Positions 29,077 through 37,592 of a stretch of 64,000 nt of DNA are shown in pieces; the first letter of the stretch is position 1; each line of letters starts with the position of its first letter. The position numbers were made by a program, and so were the translations under genes. The DNA lies in NCBI GenBank assembly GCA_050115495.1, contig JASFQK010000002.1, forward strand, positions 32,001 through 96,000. The letters are read 5' to 3'. The notes beneath the pieces were generated by a model, which saw only the letters and a list, made by a program, of their open reading frames with translations, was not told where the DNA came from and searched no databases. This DNA is from Phycisphaerae bacterium. GTDB lineage: Bacteria; Planctomycetota; Phycisphaerae; UBA1845; Fen-1342.

Positions 29077-30195
29077 TCAGGCGGCGGATTCGTCGGGCGA
29101 CGGCACGCCATTGCTGGTCGGGGCGCGCTCCTGGTTGCGCAGCTCGGACAGCACTTCGTACGTCCCCTGCACGAGCAGCTCGTCGCCGTCGACCAGGCGT
29201 GTGTCCGGCGGAGGCATGAGCTGGACGGTGCCACCGCGCGGCGTGCGCTGCACGACGCCCACACCATACTCGACCATGACCTCGGCGACCGTGCGATCGC
29301 AGAGTGGTCCGGCGCGGTGCACGTACCAGCGCTTCATGACGACGAGTTGGTCGTCGATCACGGTGCTGTTGACGATCGAGCTGTCGATGGCGGCCATGAC
29401 GAAGGTGGGGGCGCTGATCGCCGACTGGCTCATGGCTACCTGCAAATTGAACCCGTAGCGAATCTTGTCGGCCATGTTCTGGTCGAACATGCGCAGGACG
29501 ACGCGGATGGCCGGGTTGAAGCGGCGGGCGTCGAGGGCGACCTCGAGGTTGGCCAGATCGTGGTTCGTGGCCAGGACGATGCTCTTGGCCCGGGCGACGT
29601 TGGCGTCTTCGAGAAAGGCTTCGCGGCGGGCGTCGCCGACGAAGAGCGGACAGCCGTCGCGGCGGAGGTCTTCGAGGAATTGGTTGGCGGGGTCGCGCTC
29701 GATGACCACGACGGCTTCGCCGAGCCGCCGCAGGAGCCGGTAGGTCCGGTAGCCGAGCTTGCCGACACCGACGAGGATGATGTGGTTGGAGAGGGCTGCG
29801 GTCATGGTCTTGCACCAACTGCGCTCGTTGCGCCTGCGGTCGCGGAGCAGGAGGGCGAAATCGACGAGGGTTTCCAGGATGACGATCAGCCCAAGGGCCG
29901 GCAGGACGAAGAACAGCCCCTGGAGGATGGGCGAAGTGGGGAACGCCTCGGGTGGTTCGCCGAAGATCAGCGACCAGGTGAAGTAAACGGCCTTGGGCAG
30001 CGAGTGCTGCTTCTCGGGTTCGAGGTGTTTGAACGCCAGCGCGCCGCCCAGCATCAGGAGCACGATCAGCAGCAGGCGGCTGCGGAAGTGGCGCACAGCG
30101 GCGCGCACGAAGCACCATTCGCGCCAGAGCCGCGACGTGCCCCAATGCGGGCGACGCTTCGGCAGGCGGACGGCCTCGAGCGCGTCGGTAAGCAC
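29077..30195 (-). CDS. TrkA-N/TrkA-C (RCK) domain membrane protein, K+ channel-like
   Basis: Two TM segments; HIILVGVGKLG, GDARRE, DLANLEVAL; C-terminal PPPDTRLVDGDELLVQG. Confidence 0.85.
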   Translation of the reverse strand: MLTDALEAVRLPKRRPHWGTSRLWREWCFVRAAVRHFRSRLLLIVLLMLGGALAFKHLEPEKQHSLPKAVYFTWSLIFGEPPEAFPTSPILQGLFFVLPALGLIVILETLVDFALLLRDRRRNERSWCKTMTAALSNHIILVGVGKLGYRTYRLLRRLGEAVVVIERDPANQFLEDLRRDGCPLFVGDARREAFLEDANVARAKSIVLATNHDLANLEVALDARRFNPAIRVVLRMFDQNMADKIRYGFNLQVAMSQSAISAPTFVMAAIDSSIVNSTVIDDQLVVMKRWYVHRAGPLCDRTVAEVMVEYGVGVVQRTPRGGTVQLMPPPDTRLVDGDELLVQGTYEVLSELRNQERAPTSNGVPSPDESAA

Positions 30196-31107
30196 TCAGT
30201 CACACCCCGAAGATACAGGCGACGGGCGGCCCCCCATGGGCCGCTCCAGTTCGTACACGGTATGCGACGTGCACAGCTCTCTCAATACCGGCAGCCGCGG
30301 CAGGACACGGGCCAGTCGGGCCAGCGGGCCGCCGAAGCCCTTCAGCTCGGCCCGGCGGATGTGCAGGCCGACCCGCCGGCAGAGCGTCTCGAAGCGGCCG
30401 ATGGTGAGGCGGTTGACCTCGGGCAGCTCGTCGAGATCGCGCCATTTGTTGGGCTTCTTGCGGCCGTGCTCGTCGAGGTCCCAGTGCCGGGGGACGAAGT
30501 CGGGGGCGTCGTAGATGAGGGCGCAGGTGCGCAGGAGCGTGCGCTCGGAGAACAGCAGGTGGGCCCAGGGGATGGGGGCCAGGCTGTTGATGTGTGGACC
30601 GTACGGATGGAACCAGGGGACCCACAGGATCAGCACGCGGCCGCCGGGCCGCAGGATACGCCGCCACTCGCGCACGATGGCCTCGTAGGCCATGACGTGT
30701 TCGAGCACGTCGAAGCAGAGGATGACGTCGATGCTCGCCGCGGGCAGGGGTATGGTGCGATCGTTGCTGCCGAGGACGAACTCGGGCTTTGTGGGCAGGT
30801 CCGTCGGCGCGGCCCGGGCGCGGTCGATCAGCTCGGGTTTCAGATCGATACCGATCACGCGGCGTGGTCCGCGACGGGCGACGTGGCGGGCCAGGCTACC
30901 GTCGCCGCAGCCGAAATCGAGCACGTCGCGGCCGGTGAGATCGAACCCGCCGAAGTAGCGGTCGTAATGTTCGGCGAGCGTCTGGCTGCGCCAGGCGTCG
31001 TAGTCCTGTTGGCGGAACGAGGCGGGATTGCAGCCGGCAGCGCCGGGCCGTCGGCGGCGGTGCAGGTAGCGGGCCAGGCGATAGCAGAACCAAGTGGCGG
31101 CGTCCAT
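30196..31107 (-). CDS. Class I SAM-dependent methyltransferase
   Basis: VLDFGCGDG, VIGID, DVLEHV, RILRPGG. Confidence 0.88.
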   Translation of the reverse strand: MDAATWFCYRLARYLHRRRRPGAAGCNPASFRQQDYDAWRSQTLAEHYDRYFGGFDLTGRDVLDFGCGDGSLARHVARRGPRRVIGIDLKPELIDRARAAPTDLPTKPEFVLGSNDRTIPLPAASIDVILCFDVLEHVMAYEAIVREWRRILRPGGRVLILWVPWFHPYGPHINSLAPIPWAHLLFSERTLLRTCALIYDAPDFVPRHWDLDEHGRKKPNKWRDLDELPEVNRLTIGRFETLCRRVGLHIRRAELKGFGGPLARLARVLPRLPVLRELCTSHTVYELERPMGGRPSPVSSGCD

Positions 31108-31293
31108 GGAGCGGCCAAATCCTCCGGAAGCCGTGCGCGATGATCGACGCCGGCCAACGTAGCGTTACGCCGCGCAGGCGGCAAGCGTTTCGAAAGAACG
31201 CCGCGATCTATAACGGCAAATCGGACGGTCTGACGAGACAATAGACGATATCGGCGGGTATGCTGCGCGTGTCGCAGACGAGTATGTGGGAGA

Positions 31294-31710
31294 ATGCCCG
31301 TGTGCCCCGACTGTCGCGAACCTATGCTCGTGCTCGAGCTGGAAGGCATCGAGATCGACCGCTGCGTGGGCTGCGGAGGGACGTGGCTCGACGCCGGCGA
31401 ACTCGAGCAGATTGGGGAGATCGCAGGAATTGCGCCCGGACAGATCACGGCGGCACTGGCGGCGGCCGGCAAGGGCCAGCGCGGCCAGCGGCGGTGTCCG
31501 CGCTGCGGGCGGAAGATGCACCTGGTGACGCTGGGGACGGATGAGCCGGTGACCGTGGATCAGTGCCCGATCGGCCACGGGCTGTGGCTGGACGCCGGAG
31601 AGCTGCGGGCCGTGGTGCGGTCGTTTGCCGGCGGTGAGGAAGGGGCGGTGGCCCGGTTCTTTGGAGACATGTTCCGCCACGATCTGGCGGACGAGCCCGA
31701 CGGAGGATGA
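31294..31710 (+). CDS. Double zinc-ribbon (zf-TFIIB-like) protein
   Basis: CPDC...IDRCVGCGGTWLDAGEL and CPRC...VDQCPIGHGLWLDAGEL. Confidence 0.88.
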   Translation: MPVCPDCREPMLVLELEGIEIDRCVGCGGTWLDAGELEQIGEIAGIAPGQITAALAAAGKGQRGQRRCPRCGRKMHLVTLGTDEPVTVDQCPIGHGLWLDAGELRAVVRSFAGGEEGAVARFFGDMFRHDLADEPDGG

Positions 31711-32300
31711 GCATGTTCGGACCTCTCGGAATGTTGGGACCTCTCGGATTTGCGTTGCTGGGGCTTTGTGTCCTGGCGCTGCTGGTCGCGTTCTGGCTGA
31801 TCGGCATCTACAACGGGCTGGTGAAACTGCGTAACGAGGTGAAGAACGCCTGGGCGCAGATCGACGTGCAGCTTAAGCGGCGGCACGACCTGATCCCGAA
31901 CCTGGTGGAGACGGTCAAGGGCTACGCCGGCCATGAGAAGAGCACGCTCGAAGAGGTGGTGCGGGCCCGGGCGGCGGCCGTTTCGGCACAGGGCGTCGAG
32001 GCTCAGGCCCAGGCTGAGGCCGGTCTGAGCGGCGCGTTGGGCCGGCTCATGCTCGTCGTCGAGCAGTACCCTGACCTCAAGGCGAACCAGAACTTCCTGG
32101 CGCTCCAGGAAGAGCTGACCTCGACCGAGAACCGCATCGGCTTTTCGCGGCAGTACTACAATGACACGGTGATGCACTTCAACACGCGCATCGAGAGCTT
32201 CCCGCAGAACGTCGTCGCCGGCATGTTCCAGTTCCGGCAGGCGGCCTTCTTCGAGCTCGAAGACCAGGCCGAGCGGGCTGTGCCGCAGGTGAAGTTCTAG
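31707..32300 (+). CDS. LemA family protein (copy 2)
   Basis: YNGLVKLRNEVKNAWAQIDVQLKRRHDLIPNLVETVKGYA.HE, YPDLKANQNF, TENRI. Confidence 0.95.
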   Translation: MSMFGPLGMLGPLGFALLGLCVLALLVAFWLIGIYNGLVKLRNEVKNAWAQIDVQLKRRHDLIPNLVETVKGYAGHEKSTLEEVVRARAAAVSAQGVEAQAQAEAGLSGALGRLMLVVEQYPDLKANQNFLALQEELTSTENRIGFSRQYYNDTVMHFNTRIESFPQNVVAGMFQFRQAAFFELEDQAERAVPQVKF

Positions 32301-32389
32301 CGGCACGTCGCAAAAGGGGACTGGCTCCGAGCCGACGAGACGGCGCAGTTGCAGAGACCGCACGCGGCGAACGCGAGTTGGGATGAGTC

Positions 32390-33904
32390 ATGTGGGAAGC
32401 GATCGCCAGCAACCGGCAACGGTCGTTGATGCTCATCGGGTTGATGGGCATGTTGCTGGTTGCGCTGGGGGCGGTCATCGGGGCGGCGCTGGTGCCGCCG
32501 GCGGGCAACCACTACCTGGACCCGGGTCACCGGGGCGGCGGTGTGGATCCGCTGGTGTCGGGGGCGTGGGGTGCGGGCATCGCCCTGACTATCTGGCTCA
32601 TCCTGTGGCTGGTGGCGGTGGCCGGCGGGGATGACATCCTGCTGTCGGCGGCCGGCGCCAAGCGCGTCGACAAGGAGCACGCCCCGCAGCTCTGGAATGT
32701 CGTCGAGGAAATGACCATCGCCTCCGGGCTGGGCAAGGTGCCGCGCGTTTACCTCATCGAAGATGACAATCCGAACGCCTTCGCCGTGGGCTACAAACCG
32801 GGAAAGGCGGCCGTCGCCGTCACGACCGGCCTGCTGCGACGGCTGAACCGCGACGAGCTGCAGGGGGTCGTCGCCCACGAGATCGGCCACATCCGCAACA
32901 TGGACGTGCGATTCCTGACCATCGCCGGCGTGATGATGGGCAGCATCGTCCTCATCGCCGATCTGTTCCTGCGTTCGTTGTGGTACGGCAGCGGGCGGCG
33001 CAGCTCGCGCTCCAGCCGCGGCGGCGGTCAGGCGCAGCTCATCCTCCTGGTCGTGGCGATCGTGCTGGCCATCGCCGCTCCGCTGCTGGCCCAGATCCTG
33101 TACTTCGCCTGTTCGCGGAAGCGCGAGTACCTGGCCGACGCGTCAGCAGCCCGCTTCACCCGCTACCCGGCGGGGTTGGCCAGCGCCCTGGAGAAGATCT
33201 CCACCAACGTCGGCCGTTCGCCGGTGAAGGGGGCCCGGGCCAATCGCGTGGTCGCCCCGATGTTCATCGTGAATCCGTTACAGGCCCGCGGGGCGGTCGG
33301 GCTGCTGGCCACGCACCCGCCAACGGAGAAGCGGATCCGGATTCTCCGCAGTATGGGCGGCGGGGCCGGGCTGGCGGAGTACGAGGCGGCGTATCAGCGG
33401 GAGATCGGTCAGAAGGAGCACTGTTTGGGCGAGCGGACGTTGCGGGAGGCTGAGGCGGTCGCCATCCGTGAACCGAGCGTGACGGCCGACGAGCGGGCGG
33501 ATGCGGTGGCCCGGGCACGGGAGGCGGGGGATCTGGCGGCCGGCCTGGCGAACTTCCTGTTCATCGCCTGCGTCTGCGGCCTGCGGATCAAGGTGCCGCC
33601 GGACTTCAAGCGTTCGGAAATCAAGTGTCCACGTTGCGGGCGGGAGCACGAGGTGCCGGTGGCGGAACTGGCGGTGGTGACTGCGGCGGCGGGCGCTGTC
33701 CGGCAGGGGGGAAAGAAGGCGGCTAAGCCGACGCCGCCGGCACCCCAGTCGGCGACGATCCGGTACAAGCGGAAAGGCGGTGGGTGGGAATCGTTCAAGT
33801 GCCGCTGTGGGCACCCGATCCAGCTCAGCCCGGGGTTCCGTTCGCCCACCGTGACGTGCCCGAAATGCCGGGCCGTCGTCTCGGTGGATTCCACCGGGCG
33901 GTAG
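32390..33904 (+). CDS. M48 / HtpX-like membrane zinc metalloprotease with two C-terminal zinc ribbons
   Basis: PNAFAVG, ELQGVVAHEIGH, SRKREYLADA, THPP; tail CVCG...CPRCG and CRCG...CPKC. Confidence 0.9.
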   Translation: MWEAIASNRQRSLMLIGLMGMLLVALGAVIGAALVPPAGNHYLDPGHRGGGVDPLVSGAWGAGIALTIWLILWLVAVAGGDDILLSAAGAKRVDKEHAPQLWNVVEEMTIASGLGKVPRVYLIEDDNPNAFAVGYKPGKAAVAVTTGLLRRLNRDELQGVVAHEIGHIRNMDVRFLTIAGVMMGSIVLIADLFLRSLWYGSGRRSSRSSRGGGQAQLILLVVAIVLAIAAPLLAQILYFACSRKREYLADASAARFTRYPAGLASALEKISTNVGRSPVKGARANRVVAPMFIVNPLQARGAVGLLATHPPTEKRIRILRSMGGGAGLAEYEAAYQREIGQKEHCLGERTLREAEAVAIREPSVTADERADAVARAREAGDLAAGLANFLFIACVCGLRIKVPPDFKRSEIKCPRCGREHEVPVAELAVVTAAAGAVRQGGKKAAKPTPPAPQSATIRYKRKGGGWESFKCRCGHPIQLSPGFRSPTVTCPKCRAVVSVDSTGR

Positions 33905-33999
33905 GCGGCTCGACCGGCGGGGGGCCCTGGATTACAATGGCGGTTTGTTTGTCCGCCGAGCGGACGAGCGGCTTGTTCAAGCAAGTGTGAGGTCCTGCC

Positions 34000-35142
34000 A
34001 TGAGAAAGTTCCGTCTGTTTACGCCCGGTCCTTGTGCGGTTCCTGAGGAAGTGCTGATCGAGATGGCGCGGCCATTTCATCATCACCGTACGGACTGGTT
34101 CAAGGGGTACATGAAAGAGGCGACGACCAAGCTCCAGCAGGTCATGTGCACCAAGCAAACGGCGATCATCATCACCGGCTCGGGCACGGCGGCGGCCGAG
34201 GCGGCCATCGTCGGCTGCAACCCGCCGGGCTCGAAGATGCTGACGATCGAGGGCGGCAAGTTCGGCCAGCGCTGGGGCGAGATCGCCCAGCAGTACGGCG
34301 TCGACGTGATCCGTCATGAGATCGAGTGGGGCACGGCGCCGCAGGCCGACGTCGTCGCCGACCTCCTGAAGAAGGACCCGGCGATCACCGCCGTCATGGT
34401 CGTGCACAGCGAAACGTCGACGGGCACGGCCTGCGACCTGGCGGCGATCGGCAAGGTCGTCCGCGGGGCGGGCAAGCTGCTGCTGGCGGACTGCATCACG
34501 TCGGCCGGGGCCTTGCCGCTGAAGCCGGATGAGTGGGGTGTGGACGTGGCGATCACCGGGGCGCAGAAGTCGCTGATGCTGCCGCCGGGCCTGGGCTTCC
34601 TCACCGTCAGTGACCGGGCCTGGAGCGTGATCGAGAGCAACAAGAGCCAGCACGCCTACTACCTGAACCTGCTGAAGGCCCGCAAGAGTGCCGAGGGCAG
34701 CGACACGCCGTTCACCCCGGCGCACCTGCTGATTCGCGGGCTGAACAAGGCGCTGGACATCATCCTCGAAGACGGCATCGAAGCCGTGTGGAAGCGCGTG
34801 GCGGCGATGGCGGCGGCGACGCGGGCCGCGGGCGAAGCCATCGGCTGCAAGACTTTCTCGAAGTCGCCGTCGGATTCGGTGACGGCGCTCATGCCGCCGG
34901 CCGGCATCGCGGTGAAGGACATCCGCAAGGAACTCGAGAAGCGTTACGGGATCGAGTCGGCGGGTGGCCAGGACCAGCTCAAGGGCAAGATCTTCCGCAT
35001 CGGGCACATGGGCTACGTGGACGAGATGGACGCCATCACCGTCGTCGCCGCCCTGGAGCAGGTGCTGCACAAGCTGGGGCACAAGTTTGAGCTCGGCGCC
35101 GGCGTGACGGCGGCGCAGAAGATCCTGGCCGAGCGGATGTAG
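34000..35142 (+). CDS. Alanine-glyoxylate / serine-pyruvate aminotransferase family (class V)
   Basis: LFTPGP, GSGTAA, HSETSTG, GAQKSLMLPPGL, FRIGHMG. Confidence 0.92.
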   Translation: MRKFRLFTPGPCAVPEEVLIEMARPFHHHRTDWFKGYMKEATTKLQQVMCTKQTAIIITGSGTAAAEAAIVGCNPPGSKMLTIEGGKFGQRWGEIAQQYGVDVIRHEIEWGTAPQADVVADLLKKDPAITAVMVVHSETSTGTACDLAAIGKVVRGAGKLLLADCITSAGALPLKPDEWGVDVAITGAQKSLMLPPGLGFLTVSDRAWSVIESNKSQHAYYLNLLKARKSAEGSDTPFTPAHLLIRGLNKALDIILEDGIEAVWKRVAAMAAATRAAGEAIGCKTFSKSPSDSVTALMPPAGIAVKDIRKELEKRYGIESAGGQDQLKGKIFRIGHMGYVDEMDAITVVAALEQVLHKLGHKFELGAGVTAAQKILAERM

Positions 35143-35353
35143 TCGCCGGTCTGGATGCAGAACATCGCAGTGACGATTGCAGGGCGGGCCCGTGCGGCTC
35201 GCCCTGCTGTATTGTGGGGATAGGGCTGGGAATTATCGGACGAAATAGTCGCCCCGCCGACGGATTCGCGTTGAGCCTCATCCCGCCGCCGACTTAGAAT
35301 GGGCTCAGCGGCGCTCAGGTCTGACGAAGCCCGCATCGTGCCGGCGTTTGCAC

Positions 35354-37537
35354 ATGTCGCGTGTGGCGCACTTGTCGATTTTTGTATGTTCGGCCACGCT
35401 GCTGGCCCCTATGTCGGTGTTCGCACAGGGCACCGCCACGCAGGGCGAGAAGCGCGTCGACGTCGGCGTGGCCATGAACGACGCCGTCTCCCCGAGTGAG
35501 ATCAGCATATCGGGAACACAGAGCGTCCACAGCGCGCACGGCGGGTCGGGGGCGGTTGTGGTGGCGGTGCTCGCGGACAGCAACGACGGGACGGAGATCG
35601 ATCGGCGCGTGTGGGATAGCGCCGGCTGCTGCGGAACGGGGCGCAACTGGCTCGGTCTGGGAGGCGGCTTGCGCTTCGAGACCGGACTGCGCTTTCATCT
35701 ACCGAACATCGGGCAGGGCGAGAGCTTCGTGTACGCCCGCCTGGCGCTGCCGGTGACCGATGACGGCTGGGTGGATTCACACGTGGCGTTGCGGCTCGTC
35801 GGTGTGAACCAGGACGGCGTGGCGGATTTCACCAGTGGTCGCCCGTCGCAACTGCCCAAGACGCTGGCCAGTGTGGCGTGGGAGCTCGACGAGGACTGGC
35901 CCGCCGGTGCGGGCGACCGCGAGTGCTGGCCGCTCTGGCGGTACAGCCCGGACATCTCGCCGATCCTCAACGAGATTCTGGCGCGGCCGGGCTGGGGCAC
36001 CGGATCGCAAGGGCACACGTTGGGTATCGTCATCGAGGACGGCGGCACGCCCGACGGGAACTTCGTCGTCATCGAGGATTACCACGAGGTCGATCATGCC
36101 GGCTGCGCCGGAGCGGTGATCGCTCCGCGGCTGGAGCTCTACCGCTCGACGCGGGACACGTTCCTCGGCGAAGAGCTGCTGGGTTGTCCGACCGATCACT
36201 CCGTTACGCTGAACGTGTTGGCCCTGCTGCCGCTGGAGGCGTACGTCGAGTACGGCGTGATGCCCGACGTCTACACGCGGGCGACGTCACCGGTGTCGGC
36301 GGCGGGCGGCGCGCCGCTGGAGATCATCGTCGACGGCCTGTCGCCGAACGCGCAGTACTACTACCGGGTGCGCTATCGACGGGCCGGAGCACAGGCGTAC
36401 GTCGCCGGCCCGGAAGGTTGTTTTCGCACGCAGCGGGAAACGGGGCGGTCGTTCGTGTTCACGGTGCAGTCGGATCCGCACATGATCGCCGGTTCGCTGG
36501 GGCCGGATGCGGACCGCGACACGCTGTACCGGCTGACGCTGGCGAACGTGGCGGCGGACCGGCCGGACTTCCACATCGACCTGGGTGACACGTTCTTCTG
36601 CGAGGACTACGGCGGACGGGACGTGCTCGACGGAGTGGAGGCGGTCGAGCGGCACGTGGCCCAGCGGCTGTACTTCGACGCGGTGGCGCACTCGTCGCCG
36701 TTGCTGCTGGCGCTGGGCAACCACGAGGGTGAGCAGGGCTGGCGCCTGGACGGAACGGCGGAGAACGTCGCGGTCTGGGCGGCCGGCGCGCGGAAGCTGG
36801 TCTATCCGTTGCCGGTCCCGGGTTCGTTCTACACCGGCAACAGCGATGTGACGGCGTTCGTCGGCCTGCGCGAGGACTACTACGCGTGGACGTGGGGTGA
36901 TGCGCTGTTCGTCGTGCTGGATCCGTACTGGTATACAACGCGCAAGCCGCATTTCCTGCCGATGGGCGGGCCGCCGGGCAGTGGCGACAACTGGGACTGG
37001 AGCCTCGGTCACGCGCAGTACGACTGGCTGGCGGCGACGTTGGCGGCGAGCCCGGCGAAGTACAAGTTCGTGTTCACGCATCAGTTGACCGGCGGCGTAA
37101 CGTGGTACGGCCGCGGCGGGATCGAGGCCGCCAGTCACGCGCTCGGTGGCTGCGGTTCGTATGAGTGGGGCGGCGAGGATCTGTACGGCCGCGAGCGCTT
37201 CGCCGAGTACCGGCCGCACTGGGGTGTACCGCTGCACGATCTGCTGGTGCAAAACGGTGTGACCATCGTCTTCCATGGCCACGATCACGTCTTCGTACGG
37301 CAGGAGCTTGATGGCGTCGTGTACCAGGAATGCCCGCAGCCCAGCGATGCGACGTACGGCTTCGGGCACCTGTGGGACGGGCACTACGTCAACGGCGACG
37401 CAGTGGCCAATTCCGGGCATCTGCGCGTCACTGTCTCGCCGGCGGAGGTGCACGTGGAGTATGTGCGGGCCTATCTGCCGGGGGATGGCCTCAACGGCGA
37501 CGTGGCCTACACGTACACGATCGCGGCACTGCCGTAG
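35354..37537 (+). CDS. Secreted metallophosphoesterase (purple acid phosphatase-like) with FN3-like and N-terminal beta domains
   Basis: Signal peptide; GLSPNAQYYYRV; SDPH, DLGD, LGNHE, FTH, FHGHDH. Confidence 0.85.
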   Translation: MSRVAHLSIFVCSATLLAPMSVFAQGTATQGEKRVDVGVAMNDAVSPSEISISGTQSVHSAHGGSGAVVVAVLADSNDGTEIDRRVWDSAGCCGTGRNWLGLGGGLRFETGLRFHLPNIGQGESFVYARLALPVTDDGWVDSHVALRLVGVNQDGVADFTSGRPSQLPKTLASVAWELDEDWPAGAGDRECWPLWRYSPDISPILNEILARPGWGTGSQGHTLGIVIEDGGTPDGNFVVIEDYHEVDHAGCAGAVIAPRLELYRSTRDTFLGEELLGCPTDHSVTLNVLALLPLEAYVEYGVMPDVYTRATSPVSAAGGAPLEIIVDGLSPNAQYYYRVRYRRAGAQAYVAGPEGCFRTQRETGRSFVFTVQSDPHMIAGSLGPDADRDTLYRLTLANVAADRPDFHIDLGDTFFCEDYGGRDVLDGVEAVERHVAQRLYFDAVAHSSPLLLALGNHEGEQGWRLDGTAENVAVWAAGARKLVYPLPVPGSFYTGNSDVTAFVGLREDYYAWTWGDALFVVLDPYWYTTRKPHFLPMGGPPGSGDNWDWSLGHAQYDWLAATLAASPAKYKFVFTHQLTGGVTWYGRGGIEAASHALGGCGSYEWGGEDLYGRERFAEYRPHWGVPLHDLLVQNGVTIVFHGHDHVFVRQELDGVVYQECPQPSDATYGFGHLWDGHYVNGDAVANSGHLRVTVSPAEVHVEYVRAYLPGDGLNGDVAYTYTIAALP

Positions 37538-37556
37538 GCGCGGGGGCGTGATTTTC

Positions 37557-37586
37557 TTGACGGGCGCAGCGCGCGGGCGATAGACT
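37557..37586 (+). promoter_or_regulatory. Sigma70-like promoter, probably leaderless transcript
   Basis: TTGACG-N18-TAGACT ending 6 nt before ATG 37593; no SD sequence. Confidence 0.45.
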
Positions 37587-37592
37587 CGCGCC

